From: an uncultured Pseudomonadota bacterium
GTDB taxonomy: Bacteria; Pseudomonadota; Alphaproteobacteria; RF32; CAG-239
Length of the DNA stretch: 64,000 bases
Assembly (NCBI GenBank): GCA_949295995.1
Contig: CASFNK010000033.1
Coordinates: 2,485-66,484 of the forward strand
Reading direction: 5' to 3'
The position numbers were made by a program, and so were the translations under genes. The first letter of the stretch is position 1; every line of letters begins with the position of its first letter. The notes under the pieces are model-generated. The model was given only the letters and a program-made list of their open reading frames with translations, made no database searches and had not been told where the DNA came from. Below are positions 8,940 to 19,273 of this stretch, piece by piece.

Positions 8940-10121
8940 TTAAAAATCCTCTCCTTTCATAAGCTGCAAAAACTTATGCGAAAAGACCTCCAATGTACCA
9001 TTATCAATATATTTCTGACGAGAATTATCTCCCATCTCCTGTAATCTATGTTTATTTTCCAACATTTGAATAATGGCTTTTTGCAAACTCTCGATATTTT
9101 CACTTTCAAAAATGAAACCATTTTCTCCCGGAGTAACCAAGAACTTCGCTCCGACATTAGTACTGATAATCAGCGGTTTTCCAGCCATACAAGCCTCTAA
9201 AGCCACCAAGGAAAAAGACTCATCTCTGGATGCCACCAAAATCACATCACTGTCAGAATAAAACTCCTTCAGCTTATCATAAGGAACAGAGGTTCCCCAT
9301 TCAACATGTGGGTGATGAGAATATCTTTGTTTCAAATCTTCTGAAAATTCATCAACATCACGACCGGCAATATACAATGTCATCTGTTCTTGATATTTTT
9401 CAGGCAAAGTTGTAAAGGCTTTCAAGGCCACATCTTGCCCCTTAATCGGACAAACGGCACCCAAAATAGAAAAGAGTATTTTATCATGCGGTTTTCTGTG
9501 AGGAATACCTTCCGGAAACAAATCCTCAATCGCCAAATTCAAAATTTTAACATGAGAACTGTATTTTTGTACCACCTGTTTAGAATATTCCGTAACCACG
9601 GCAACTTTTTTAGCCATACCCAAACTGGCTTCTAAATCGGGACGAAATTTCTTTCTTTTATAGCGAGCAATATAGTCTTTATCAATCACTTGACTTTCAT
9701 GCACCCACCACAAAATTTCAGGTCCTTTCAAGAGTGAAATCACCGGATAAGTAACCACAGTATTGGCAATAGCATAATCACAATCTCCGGCAAATTCATT
9801 AATCAAAGCCTTATTCGTGCGAAATCCGGGGTGAACAAAAACTTCAATTCCCAGTGCCTCGAAAGTCGGACGCAAAGAGCCATCCAAATAAGACAGAACT
9901 CTCACTTGCCCGCCGTCTTTTAAAATTGCTTTAGCCACCACCAACAACATAATCGGCGCTCCAGTTGAAGACATCTCATGCGAAAAGAGAGCAACTTTAT
10001 AAGCATGGGTTTTATCTTTTTTCAACGGCTCCAAGCGTGCTCGCAAATCGGGCAACTTTTTGTGGTAATACCACCAATTTCTGATTTTTCTGACTTTTTT
10101 CTTAATGAATCTCATTTTCAT
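8940..10121 (-). CDS. GT4 glycosyltransferase
   Basis: SHEMSSTGAP, WWVHES, KGQD, DESFSLVALEA. Confidence 0.88.
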   Translation of the reverse strand: MKMRFIKKKVRKIRNWWYYHKKLPDLRARLEPLKKDKTHAYKVALFSHEMSSTGAPIMLLVVAKAILKDGGQVRVLSYLDGSLRPTFEALGIEVFVHPGFRTNKALINEFAGDCDYAIANTVVTYPVISLLKGPEILWWVHESQVIDKDYIARYKRKKFRPDLEASLGMAKKVAVVTEYSKQVVQKYSSHVKILNLAIEDLFPEGIPHRKPHDKILFSILGAVCPIKGQDVALKAFTTLPEKYQEQMTLYIAGRDVDEFSEDLKQRYSHHPHVEWGTSVPYDKLKEFYSDSDVILVASRDESFSLVALEACMAGKPLIISTNVGAKFLVTPGENGFIFESENIESLQKAIIQMLENKHRLQEMGDNSRQKYIDNGTLEVFSHKFLQLMKGEDF

Positions 10122-10128
10122 TTTTCCT

Positions 10129-11157
10129 TTAAGCAGCTTTAGAGCCCGTTAATTTTTTCAAATACCAGTCAACGGTTTTAACAATGCCGCTGGCAAAATT
10201 TTCATCAGCTTTCCACCCCAACTGGGTTGAAAGTTTGGTGGCATCAATTGCATAGCGACGATCATGTCCCGGTCTGTCTTTAACAAAAACAACCAAATCT
10301 TTATAAGAGCCGCCTGATTTTTTAGGCATTTTCTTATCCAAAATAGCACAAATTGCATCCACAATTTCCAAATTATTCTTTTCGTTATGTCCGCCGATAT
10401 TATAGGTTTCGCCAGACTGACCTTTATGGAAAATCAAATCGATTGCTTTGCAGTGATCCAACACATACAACCAATCACGCACATTTTTACCATCACCGTA
10501 AATCGGAATATTCTTTTCTTCCAAACAATTAGAAATAATTTTCGGAATAAGTTTTTCAGGATGTTGCTTCGGACCATAATTGTTAGAACAATTAGAAATA
10601 GTAACATTCATACCATACGTACGGTGATATGCTTTCACAATCATATCCGAACTGGCCTTTGAGGCCGAATAAGGCGAACTTGGGTCATAAGGCGTTGTTT
10701 CATAAAAATATCCGCTATCACCCAATGCACCATACACCTCATCGGTAGAAATATGATGGAAGCGGCAATTTTCATAACCTTCCTTAACTTGATTTGGCGC
10801 ACTCATCCAATAATTTCTGGCTACATCCAACAAAGTAAAAGTTCCTAAGACATTAGTTTCAATAAAGGCTTTCGGACCGGTAATGGAATTATCGACATGG
10901 CTTTCAGCTGCAAAATGCACCACGCCTCTGATATCATATTCGCTAAAAAGTTTTTCAATTAAGTTTCTATCACAAATATCGCCCTTCACAAATTTATAGT
11001 TTGGGCAATCCTGACAGTCTTCCAGGTTATCCAAATTACCGGCATAAGTCAGTTTATCCAAATTAATCACCAGATAATCAGGATATTTTTTAGCAAAATA
11101 CGGAACAAAATTAGCGCCGATAAATCCGGCGCCTCCGGTAACGAGAATAGATTTCAT
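10129..11157 (-). CDS. rfbB: dTDP-glucose 4,6-dehydratase
   Basis: GGAGFIG, DKLTYAGN, HFAAESHVDNSI, STDEVYG, YSASK, DRPGHDRRY. Confidence 0.96.
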   Translation of the reverse strand: MKSILVTGGAGFIGANFVPYFAKKYPDYLVINLDKLTYAGNLDNLEDCQDCPNYKFVKGDICDRNLIEKLFSEYDIRGVVHFAAESHVDNSITGPKAFIETNVLGTFTLLDVARNYWMSAPNQVKEGYENCRFHHISTDEVYGALGDSGYFYETTPYDPSSPYSASKASSDMIVKAYHRTYGMNVTISNCSNNYGPKQHPEKLIPKIISNCLEEKNIPIYGDGKNVRDWLYVLDHCKAIDLIFHKGQSGETYNIGGHNEKNNLEIVDAICAILDKKMPKKSGGSYKDLVVFVKDRPGHDRRYAIDATKLSTQLGWKADENFASGIVKTVDWYLKKLTGSKAA

Positions 11158-12296
11158 TTTTTATCTCCATATAAGTCGTTATATTTTAAGAAACGGTCAA
11201 AATAGCGTTCAACCAATTCATCCACCATAATATCTGGTTTATGCTCTTCAATCAAAGCCTCTAACTGCTCACGCTTATTGTGCTTGTTATGCGCATAAAC
11301 AGTTTTTTGAAAAGCCTTGTTCAAATAAGGCACCAACCCCATACCAAAAGAATCTCTAATCATAAACAAAGTTTTCTTTTCTCTTGCCTGAGAATTTTCA
11401 TAAATTTGCATAAATCCGTGATCTTCATTCTTCAAACATTGTATTTTCATATCATCAAAAAACGCGACATGATAATTTGTGTCTTTCATTCCTGCCACGT
11501 CCAAATCCGATTTTTGGCTTCCTGCCGCAGTAATCATATCTTCCGAAATTTTCTTCACCGGCAAATGATAACCGAATTTATTTAAATATTCCGCCATTGC
11601 TGTATAACCGACATATCCGCCGATTTCGTTCCAGTGAGAATCAAGCGGAAAATAAATTTCCATCGGCAACTCTTTTTTAGCAGCCATCAACGCATCTTTA
11701 AAATTAATGATTTTGGCTTTGGTGTTTTTTTGCAAATATTCCACCGCCAAATCCATACGCGACTTATCAGACTTGCGCTGTTTTTGCAAACGTTCAGGCA
11801 TATATTCCGAATACATAGCTTCTTTGTTCGGAGCTATTACAATAATATAATCGATTCCCTGACGCGCATAAAACTCTCTTGCTTTTTCCACCCCTTGCGC
11901 CATTTGTTGCAGCTCTTCTTCACTAAAACGCACTTCTCCGAAATAATCAATCAAAGTATAGCCATCAGGCACTTTTGCCGAATCATAGAAAGCCCAGCCC
12001 TTTTGCCCTTGAATAGAAATTCCGTTATCAATCCCTAATTTATACTGAATTTTGCCATATTTTTTGAGCAATCTTTTACGTCCCGCAAAAGTATCATTAT
12101 AATAGGCTTCATATTCTTTGGGAAAGTTCAAACTTAACTCTGTAGGTTTGGCCTTCAACGGACGATTATCCAATAATTCGGTATTGCTAGAAAACATATT
12201 AGCCGTAAACGGATAAAACACCCAATAAACAAACACCAAAGCGGGCAATAAGCGATACCAAACAAAAATATTTTTAAGAATTTTTTTAATCATCAT
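11154..12296 (-). CDS. AlgJ/AlgX-type SGNH polysaccharide O-acetyltransferase
   Basis: N-terminal TM helix, APNK, DSHWN (DxH), RDSF. Paralogue of the upstream neighbour. Confidence 0.85.
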   Translation of the reverse strand: MMIKKILKNIFVWYRLLPALVFVYWVFYPFTANMFSSNTELLDNRPLKAKPTELSLNFPKEYEAYYNDTFAGRKRLLKKYGKIQYKLGIDNGISIQGQKGWAFYDSAKVPDGYTLIDYFGEVRFSEEELQQMAQGVEKAREFYARQGIDYIIVIAPNKEAMYSEYMPERLQKQRKSDKSRMDLAVEYLQKNTKAKIINFKDALMAAKKELPMEIYFPLDSHWNEIGGYVGYTAMAEYLNKFGYHLPVKKISEDMITAAGSQKSDLDVAGMKDTNYHVAFFDDMKIQCLKNEDHGFMQIYENSQAREKKTLFMIRDSFGMGLVPYLNKAFQKTVYAHNKHNKREQLEALIEEHKPDIMVDELVERYFDRFLKYNDLYGDKK

Positions 12297-13416
12297 AATG
12301 CCCCGAAAAGATACGGCTGTAATTTGCATAGCGAGAGAAATAGCGTTCTATTAACTCATCAACCACCACGTCCGGCTTATAAGTTTTCATCAAATTCTCA
12401 TAATAAGACAATTTTTTGTTTCCGGCCGGCGCATTGATGGTATGTGCAAAAGCTCTATTCAAGAAAGGCATTAAAGCTCCTGCAAAAGAATCACCCAACA
12501 CCATCAAAGTTTTACCGTTAGATTGCGACTTATTATCGCACAAGAAGACATATTTTTCTCCGGCAGCATTTGCACAATCAAATTTAGCCTGAGACAAATA
12601 ATCAATATGATAATTCATTTCCATAGCTTCGGGATGCATATCAACATGTTGCTTTCCGGCAGGTTTAATCATCTCGAGTGTCAAATGCTTTTGTGGTAAA
12701 TAAATACCGTTTTGATTAAGGGCACGAGCAATATTTTCAAAACCGACATAAGCTCCGATATTATTCCAGTGTGTATCTTTCTTAAAATACAAATTATAAG
12801 GATATTCTGCCTTAGCTTGCAAAATTGGTTCTTTTAAGTTCACAAAAACCGCTTTTGTATGTTTTTTCAAATACTCAACCGCCGCATCCATTCGCGACTT
12901 ATCAGAAACTCTGGCTTTTTGCATACGCGCCGGCATAAATTCGGAATAAATCCCTTCTTTATTTGGCGCAATTACAATAAAATATTTGGCACCATGTTTG
13001 GCGTAAAAATCGGCAGCCATATTGATACCTTCAACCATTTTGGCCAGTTGTTTATCATCAAACCGAACTTCACCGAAATAATCCACCATGGTATTTCCGT
13101 TATTCACTTTAACGGAATCATAAAACATCCACCCTTTATCACCGTAAAAATACTGACCGGTGTCAATTTTTAGAGCCTGTTTCAATTTAATATATTTAGA
13201 GACCAAATCCTTTCTTCCGGCAAAAGTATCATTATAATAAGCCTCAAAATTTTTGCTGAAATTACGGTCAAACTTAGCTGGTTTTTCATGCAACGGACGA
13301 TTATCCAAGAGCTCGGTATTGCTAAAGAACATATTTGCCAGGAACGGCCAAAACACAATAAAGCAGAAAATAAAAGCCGGCACCAGGCGATATATGACAT
13401 ACAATTTTTTCATCAC
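12286..13416 (-). CDS. AlgJ/AlgX-type SGNH polysaccharide O-acetyltransferase
   Basis: N-terminal TM helix, APNK, DTHWN, GDSF. Directly downstream of an MBOAT gene. Confidence 0.87.
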   Translation of the reverse strand: MMKKLYVIYRLVPAFIFCFIVFWPFLANMFFSNTELLDNRPLHEKPAKFDRNFSKNFEAYYNDTFAGRKDLVSKYIKLKQALKIDTGQYFYGDKGWMFYDSVKVNNGNTMVDYFGEVRFDDKQLAKMVEGINMAADFYAKHGAKYFIVIAPNKEGIYSEFMPARMQKARVSDKSRMDAAVEYLKKHTKAVFVNLKEPILQAKAEYPYNLYFKKDTHWNNIGAYVGFENIARALNQNGIYLPQKHLTLEMIKPAGKQHVDMHPEAMEMNYHIDYLSQAKFDCANAAGEKYVFLCDNKSQSNGKTLMVLGDSFAGALMPFLNRAFAHTINAPAGNKKLSYYENLMKTYKPDVVVDELIERYFSRYANYSRIFSGHYDD

Positions 13417-14810
13417 TAGAACCTGAAATAAATAAACGGATTATAGGTATTGCTTGCCAAGAGTAACACACTGAAATAAGCAATCACCACACACCAAGCC
13501 GGATTTGCCAAACGCATAAATCCAAACTTATATTCAGTTTTAAGCGGTAATTTATCAAACAGGAGTTTTAAGAAACCGCAACTCAAAACAGCCAATACCA
13601 AAACCATTAAGAATTCGTTTGACAGATATGCTGAATAAACATCGGTTTTGTAAGGAACAAACATTCTGTTGAGATACCCCAGAGCCGAGCTTAAGTTTTC
13701 CGCTCTGAAGAACACCCACCCCACCATAACCACTAACAAGGTATAGGCAGTTTGAATAAGACGAAATCTCAAGAATTTCTCTATTGGCAAAATACGCTCA
13801 CAAACCAAGAACACGCCATGGAACAACCCCCAAACCACAAAATTCCAACTTGCCCCATGCCACAAACCGGTCATAAAGAACACAATCATCAAATTGCGAT
13901 AGGTTTTCAATTTGCCCTCACGATTACCGCCCAACGGAATATATAAATATTCCTTAAACCAGGTCGAGAGTGAAATATGCCATCTTCTCCAAAAATCTTT
14001 AATTGAAGTAGAGATGTAAGGATAGTTAAAGTTCTCGTTAATGTGGAAACCAAACATCTTACCCAAACCGATAGCCATATCGGAATAACCCGAAAAATCA
14101 AAATAAATTTGGAATGTATAAGCAACAATACCAATCCAAGCCATCGGCGTAGAAATATCATTTAACCCTAAGCCAAAGATTTCATCGGCAGTTTTTGCCA
14201 TAATATTGGCAATAATGACCTTTTTTGCCAAACCTTGCAAAAAGCGAACAGCTCCTTGGTTAAACAAAACAAAAGACACTTTACGATTATCAATTTGCGC
14301 CGCAATATCATAATATTTCAAAATCGGTCCTGCAATCAATTGCGGGAAGAAGGAAATAAACAAGCCCATCTTAACCAAACTTCTTTGTGGCTTGCAAACC
14401 CGACGATAAATATCCACCAAATAAGAAATAGATTGGAAGGTATAAAAAGAAATACCAATCGGCAATGGCAATGTTTTCACCTCAACATTGAGACCAAAAA
14501 TCGCATTTACATTTTCCATAAAAAAGCCGGAATACTTAAAAACACCGAGCAAGACTAAGTTAATGATCACACCCCACACCAAAGAGTTTTTGCGTTTTTT
14601 CTCATCACTTACGTCGATTTTCAAACCGCATATATAGTTAATGAGGATTGACAATAACATAATAACGACATAAACCGGCTCGCCCCAAGCATAGAAAAAC
14701 AAGCTGGCCACCAGTAATAAGACGTTGCGATAGCTTTCTTTGGTCAGAAAATAAAGCCCTAAAACGATTGGCAGAAACATCCACAAAAAGATTAACGAAC
14801 TAAAAACCAT
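13416..14810 (-). CDS. AlgI/DltB-family MBOAT O-acyltransferase
   Basis: PIGISFYTFQ, FFPQLIAGPI, YFDFSGYSDMAIG, FWRRWHISL, GLWHGA, NPFIYFRF. Confidence 0.93.
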   Translation of the reverse strand: MVFSSLIFLWMFLPIVLGLYFLTKESYRNVLLLVASLFFYAWGEPVYVVIMLLSILINYICGLKIDVSDEKKRKNSLVWGVIINLVLLGVFKYSGFFMENVNAIFGLNVEVKTLPLPIGISFYTFQSISYLVDIYRRVCKPQRSLVKMGLFISFFPQLIAGPILKYYDIAAQIDNRKVSFVLFNQGAVRFLQGLAKKVIIANIMAKTADEIFGLGLNDISTPMAWIGIVAYTFQIYFDFSGYSDMAIGLGKMFGFHINENFNYPYISTSIKDFWRRWHISLSTWFKEYLYIPLGGNREGKLKTYRNLMIVFFMTGLWHGASWNFVVWGLFHGVFLVCERILPIEKFLRFRLIQTAYTLLVVMVGWVFFRAENLSSALGYLNRMFVPYKTDVYSAYLSNEFLMVLVLAVLSCGFLKLLFDKLPLKTEYKFGFMRLANPAWCVVIAYFSVLLLASNTYNPFIYFRF

Positions 14811-15636
14811 TTTCTAATTTCTCCACACAATCTTTCAAACTAACCGTCCAGTGATTAATTTTCAAATTAAAATCACGTTTGATTTTGGCTTTATTGAGAA
14901 CCGAATAATTCGGACGTTTTGCCAGAGTCGGATAGTCCTTACTTTCAATTGGCAACACCTCACAATCCAAATCCGAGTATTTCATAACAGCCGTTGCAAA
15001 ATCATACCACGAACAAACCCCTTCATTGGAGAAATGATAAATTTCTTTCATCCCTTTTTTAATTTGCGGCAAAATATCAACAATAGCCTGAGCCAAATCT
15101 TTGGCATAAGTCGGAGTACCTGCTTGGTCAAACACAACGCTGAGCTGAGCTCTTTCAGCCCCCAAACGACGCATGGTTTTCACAAAATTATTGCCAAACG
15201 TTGAATAGAGCCAAGCCGTACGAATAATCACCGCTGTATCGGCATATTTCAACACTGCTTGCTCGCCTTCTAATTTTGTTTTTCCATAAACGGATTGTGG
15301 ATTAACCTCATCTGTCTCCACATATGGCTTACAAGACATACCGTCAAACACATAATCGGTTGAAATTTGAACCAAGGGAATACTGGTCTTGGCCAAATTT
15401 TCTGGTCCTTTGGCATTAATCTTTTGAGCCAATTCAAAATCATTTTCGGCTTTATCAACGGCAGTATAAGCGGCACAATTGATAATTGCTTGCCAATTAT
15501 CTTTTTTTGCAAAATCAAGAACAGCTTTTTCATCCGTAATATCTAATTCAGACTTATCAACGAACACAGCCTTATCTTTTAACAACAGCTTAAGTTCGCT
15601 CCCCAACTGTCCGTTGGCACCCACAACTAAAAACAT
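14800..15636 (-). CDS. rfbD: dTDP-4-dehydrorhamnose reductase
   Basis: GANGQLG, NCAAYTAVD, STDYVFDG, YGKTK. Confidence 0.95.
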   Translation of the reverse strand: MFLVVGANGQLGSELKLLLKDKAVFVDKSELDITDEKAVLDFAKKDNWQAIINCAAYTAVDKAENDFELAQKINAKGPENLAKTSIPLVQISTDYVFDGMSCKPYVETDEVNPQSVYGKTKLEGEQAVLKYADTAVIIRTAWLYSTFGNNFVKTMRRLGAERAQLSVVFDQAGTPTYAKDLAQAIVDILPQIKKGMKEIYHFSNEGVCSWYDFATAVMKYSDLDCEVLPIESKDYPTLAKRPNYSVLNKAKIKRDFNLKINHWTVSLKDCVEKLENGF

Positions 15637-16172
15637 GTAATATCTTTCAAAAGAGGAAGAACTTTATCTTTATCTGACAACACCGCATCTTTGGGATTAA
15701 TCTTCCAATCAATACCCAAATCTGGATCATCAAACCGCACACCGCCTTCCGAGGCTTTGCTATAAACATTATCGCATTTATAAGCAAAAACTGCCGTCGG
15801 AGTCAAAACAGAAAAACCATGTCCGAACCCACGCGGAATCATTAATTGACGATTATTTTCTGCCGACAATTCCACCGCCACATGTTTCCCGAAAGTAGGA
15901 GAATCTTTCCTCAAATCGACAGCCACATCTAAAACTGTACCTTGCAATACGCGTACCAGCTTGGCTTGAGAAAACTCTCCTTTTTGAAAATGGACGCCGC
16001 GAATGGTTCCATAACAAGACTTTGATTGGTTATCTTGAATAAAATCATAATCCAAACCGGCCTCAGCCATTTTGGCTTTATTCCAACTTTCAAAGAAATA
16101 CCCTCTGGCATCTTCAAAAATTTGCGGTTCAATAATAACCACACCCTCGATCGGCGTTTTAACAATCTTCAT
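15627..16172 (-). CDS. rfbC: dTDP-4-dehydrorhamnose 3,5-epimerase
   Basis: DARGYFFE, QDNQS, RGVHFQ, DVAVDLR, GFGHGF. Confidence 0.95.
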   Translation of the reverse strand: MKIVKTPIEGVVIIEPQIFEDARGYFFESWNKAKMAEAGLDYDFIQDNQSKSCYGTIRGVHFQKGEFSQAKLVRVLQGTVLDVAVDLRKDSPTFGKHVAVELSAENNRQLMIPRGFGHGFSVLTPTAVFAYKCDNVYSKASEGGVRFDDPDLGIDWKINPKDAVLSDKDKVLPLLKDITCF

Positions 16173-17043
16173 GACAATCCTCAACCACTCTCTTCAAATA
16201 ATCTTTATAATCAATTCCATCCTTGAGGGAATTAATGATTTCGGTTAATTGTTTTTCATCAATAAAACCGCGTTTGTAAGCAATTTCTTCAATACAAGCG
16301 ATTTTCAAATCCTGACGTTTTTCAATAATACCGATAAAATTGGACGCATCCAACAAGGATTGCGGCGTTCCGGCATCAAGCCAAGCATTCCCTCGCTTCA
16401 TGGTAACCACATTAAGACGCCCCTCTTCCAAATAAATTTTATTCAAATCGGTAATTTCCAACTCGCCTCTTGCCGAAGGTTTCAACTGGCGAGCTTTTTC
16501 AACCACATCTGACTTATAGAAATATAAACCGACAACGGCATAATTAGATTTTGGATTTTTTGGTTTTTCTTCAATTGAAATAGCCTTGTGATTTTTATCA
16601 AATTCAACCACACCAAAGCGTTCGGGATCTGAAACATGGTAGCCGAACACGGTTCCGCCTGGATTATGAGCCACTTCATCTCTAAAGAATTTGAGTTGGT
16701 CGCCCATATAAAAGATATTATCCCCCAAAATCAAGCAAACATCATCTTGCCCGATAAAATCCGCCCCGATAGTAAAAGCCTGAGCAATACCTTTCGGCTC
16801 TTGTTGAATTCTGTATTCAATCGTCAGACCCAAACGTTTTCCGTCACCAAACAAACGCTCGATATTTGGAGTATCTTGCGGAGTAGAAATAATCAAAATA
16901 TCTTTGATTCCAAACAACATCAAAGTAGCCAACGGATAATAAATCATAGGCTTATCATAAACCGGCAACAATTGTTTGCTGGTTGTATTTGTCAAAGGAT
17001 ACAAACGAGAACCGCTTCCTCCGGCTAAAACTATTCCTTTCAT
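16159..17043 (-). CDS. rfbA: Glucose-1-phosphate thymidylyltransferase
   Basis: LAGGSGSRLYP, SKQLLPVYDKPMIYYPL, EEKP, SARGELEITD. Confidence 0.96.
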   Translation of the reverse strand: MKGIVLAGGSGSRLYPLTNTTSKQLLPVYDKPMIYYPLATLMLFGIKDILIISTPQDTPNIERLFGDGKRLGLTIEYRIQQEPKGIAQAFTIGADFIGQDDVCLILGDNIFYMGDQLKFFRDEVAHNPGGTVFGYHVSDPERFGVVEFDKNHKAISIEEKPKNPKSNYAVVGLYFYKSDVVEKARQLKPSARGELEITDLNKIYLEEGRLNVVTMKRGNAWLDAGTPQSLLDASNFIGIIEKRQDLKIACIEEIAYKRGFIDEKQLTEIINSLKDGIDYKDYLKRVVEDCHEDC

Positions 17044-17255
17044 GGGACATGTCCTTTTTTTTCAAATAAAAAAATTTGTTTTATGTTACACCATCCCTTA
17101 TCAAAGGCAACTTTTTTCTCATCAATACCCACATTTGCAACATCATCGATATCAACTTTAGTTTATTTCGCACAAGAAAAAGCTGGTAATTTTATTGAAA
17201 ATCAGTTATATATAAGAACAAGTTAATATTAGGAGAAAAGAAAAGGATTTTCACC

Positions 17256-17861
17256 ATGACCGATATTACTTATTTTAACGGACTTTCATTGGAAGAAAAC
17301 ATCAAACACAACTTCACCCAAGCAGATAAGATACAGGTTTGGGCGCACACCCTTCAAGTTCGTCATAACGCCCTAAATTTGGCACAAAAATTCGGAATTT
17401 CGCCCGAACAAGCCTCATCAGCGGCACTTTTGCACGACATCAGTCGTATTTTTGCCAAAGAAGAATATCTGGAACTGGCGCAAATTTATGATTTGGAAAT
17501 TTTAGCCGAAGAAAGGCAACTTCCCGACCTTTTACATCAAAAACTCTCCCGCGTGATTGCCGTTGAGAGTTTTAATATCACGGATAAAGAAGTCCTAAAT
17601 GCCATATCTTGCCACACCACTTTGCGCGCTCATGCCACAAAACTCGATAAAATTTTATTTTTAGCCGATAAATTAAGTTGGGCCAGTCAAGACCTACCCG
17701 CCTTCACGCCTTTAGTCATCAAACAGCTAGAAAAATCTTTAGATGATGGGGTTTATTGTTATCTGTTTAACAGCTTACACAACGCAACGCCCATGCCGGT
17801 TGTTCACCCTTGGCTAAAAGCAGCCCTACAGGATTTAACTCCTTCTCTTGCCGCCTCTTAA
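17256..17861 (+). CDS. YqeK-like HD-domain hydrolase (probable Ap4A hydrolase)
   Basis: H ... LLHDI ... LLHQKLS ... AISCHTT ... FLADK. Pattern of Firmicutes YqeK. Confidence 0.78.
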   Translation: MTDITYFNGLSLEENIKHNFTQADKIQVWAHTLQVRHNALNLAQKFGISPEQASSAALLHDISRIFAKEEYLELAQIYDLEILAEERQLPDLLHQKLSRVIAVESFNITDKEVLNAISCHTTLRAHATKLDKILFLADKLSWASQDLPAFTPLVIKQLEKSLDDGVYCYLFNSLHNATPMPVVHPWLKAALQDLTPSLAAS

Positions 17862-17863
17862 AA

Positions 17864-19270
17864 TTAAAATCTGAAATAAATAAACGGATTATAGGTTGAC
17901 GCCGCCAAACTAATTGTTGACCAGAAGAACAAAACAAATAGCCAAATATTAATAGCCGTTCTCAAAACTTTGCGTTCATAAGCCACATACAGCATATTTT
18001 TGCATACCGGCATCGCACAAATTAATCCCACCACCATCATCAAGGCAAATTTGTTATTAACGCCATAATCGAAATTCGGCAAATGGTCTCCAACATTAAT
18101 TCCCAACATTTTACCGATAAACTCAAAACCATACATCACGCTGGGAGCTCTGAAAATAATCATTCCGATACCAATAGCCATCAAGGCATAAATATGTTTT
18201 CCGACACTTACAAGTTTAGTATCTGCTTTATCTTTACTCCAGCCGATAAAACGTTCAAACACAATAAAAATGCCGTTCCAAACGCCCCACAAAATATAGT
18301 TCCAAGCAGCACCATGCCAAACACCGGTAACCAGAAAAATAAAAAAGAGATTCCAATAGGTACGCACTTCACCTTTTCTGTTTCCACCCAACGGAATATA
18401 GAGATATTGGCGAAACCATGTTGCTAAAGAAATATGCCATCTCCGCCAAAATTCACTGATAGATTTGGAAATATAGGGATAATTAAAGTTCTCCAAGAAC
18501 CTAAAACCAAACATCAACCCTAAACCGATAGCCATATCAGAATATCCCGAAAAATCATAATAAAGCTGCAAACAATAGGCAACAGCGCCCAACCAAGCGA
18601 TTTCGGTTGTTAAATTTTCGGGAGCTTGCTCAAAAATCTTATCAACCACCACTGCCAAAGTATTGGCAATCAAAACCTTTTTCGCCAAACCGATGATAAA
18701 ACGTTTCAGACCGATTATGACATATTTGAATTCAACCTTACGCTCATCAATTTGTTCACAAACATCATGATATTTAACAATCGGACCAGCAACGAGTTGC
18801 GGAAAGAGCACGATATAAAGCGCCAATTTATAAACATCTCTCTGTGCCGGAATTTCTTTGCGATAAACATCAATCAAATACGACATCGCCTGAAACGTGT
18901 AAAAGGAAATACCAATCGGCATAATCACATCTACAAAATCAATATGTGTGTGGAGTGCCAAATTAATATTATCAATCACAAAATTAAAATACTTAAAATA
19001 GAACAAGAAGCTCAAATTGACCAAAATTGTTACAGTTACAATTCCCAATCTCTGACGCGGATTTTGGTACTTATCCAAGCATAAAGCGCCGATATAATTT
19101 ACCAAAATAGTAATAATCATAATCGCCAAATATCTGGGCTCGCCCCAAGCATAAAAAATAATACTGGCAATCAATAAGATATAGTTTCTGATTTCTTTTT
19201 TTGCCAAGAAATAGATTGCCATCACCACCGGCATAAAAACAAACAAAAATGTCATTGAGCTAAACAGCAT
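17864..19270 (-). CDS. AlgI/DltB-family MBOAT O-acyltransferase (second copy)
   Basis: Same motif set as 13416-14810: PIGISFYTFQ, DFSGYSDMAIG, WHGA, NPFIYFRF. Confidence 0.93.
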   Translation of the reverse strand: MLFSSMTFLFVFMPVVMAIYFLAKKEIRNYILLIASIIFYAWGEPRYLAIMIITILVNYIGALCLDKYQNPRQRLGIVTVTILVNLSFLFYFKYFNFVIDNINLALHTHIDFVDVIMPIGISFYTFQAMSYLIDVYRKEIPAQRDVYKLALYIVLFPQLVAGPIVKYHDVCEQIDERKVEFKYVIIGLKRFIIGLAKKVLIANTLAVVVDKIFEQAPENLTTEIAWLGAVAYCLQLYYDFSGYSDMAIGLGLMFGFRFLENFNYPYISKSISEFWRRWHISLATWFRQYLYIPLGGNRKGEVRTYWNLFFIFLVTGVWHGAAWNYILWGVWNGIFIVFERFIGWSKDKADTKLVSVGKHIYALMAIGIGMIIFRAPSVMYGFEFIGKMLGINVGDHLPNFDYGVNNKFALMMVVGLICAMPVCKNMLYVAYERKVLRTAINIWLFVLFFWSTISLAASTYNPFIYFRF

Positions 19271-19273
19271 TTT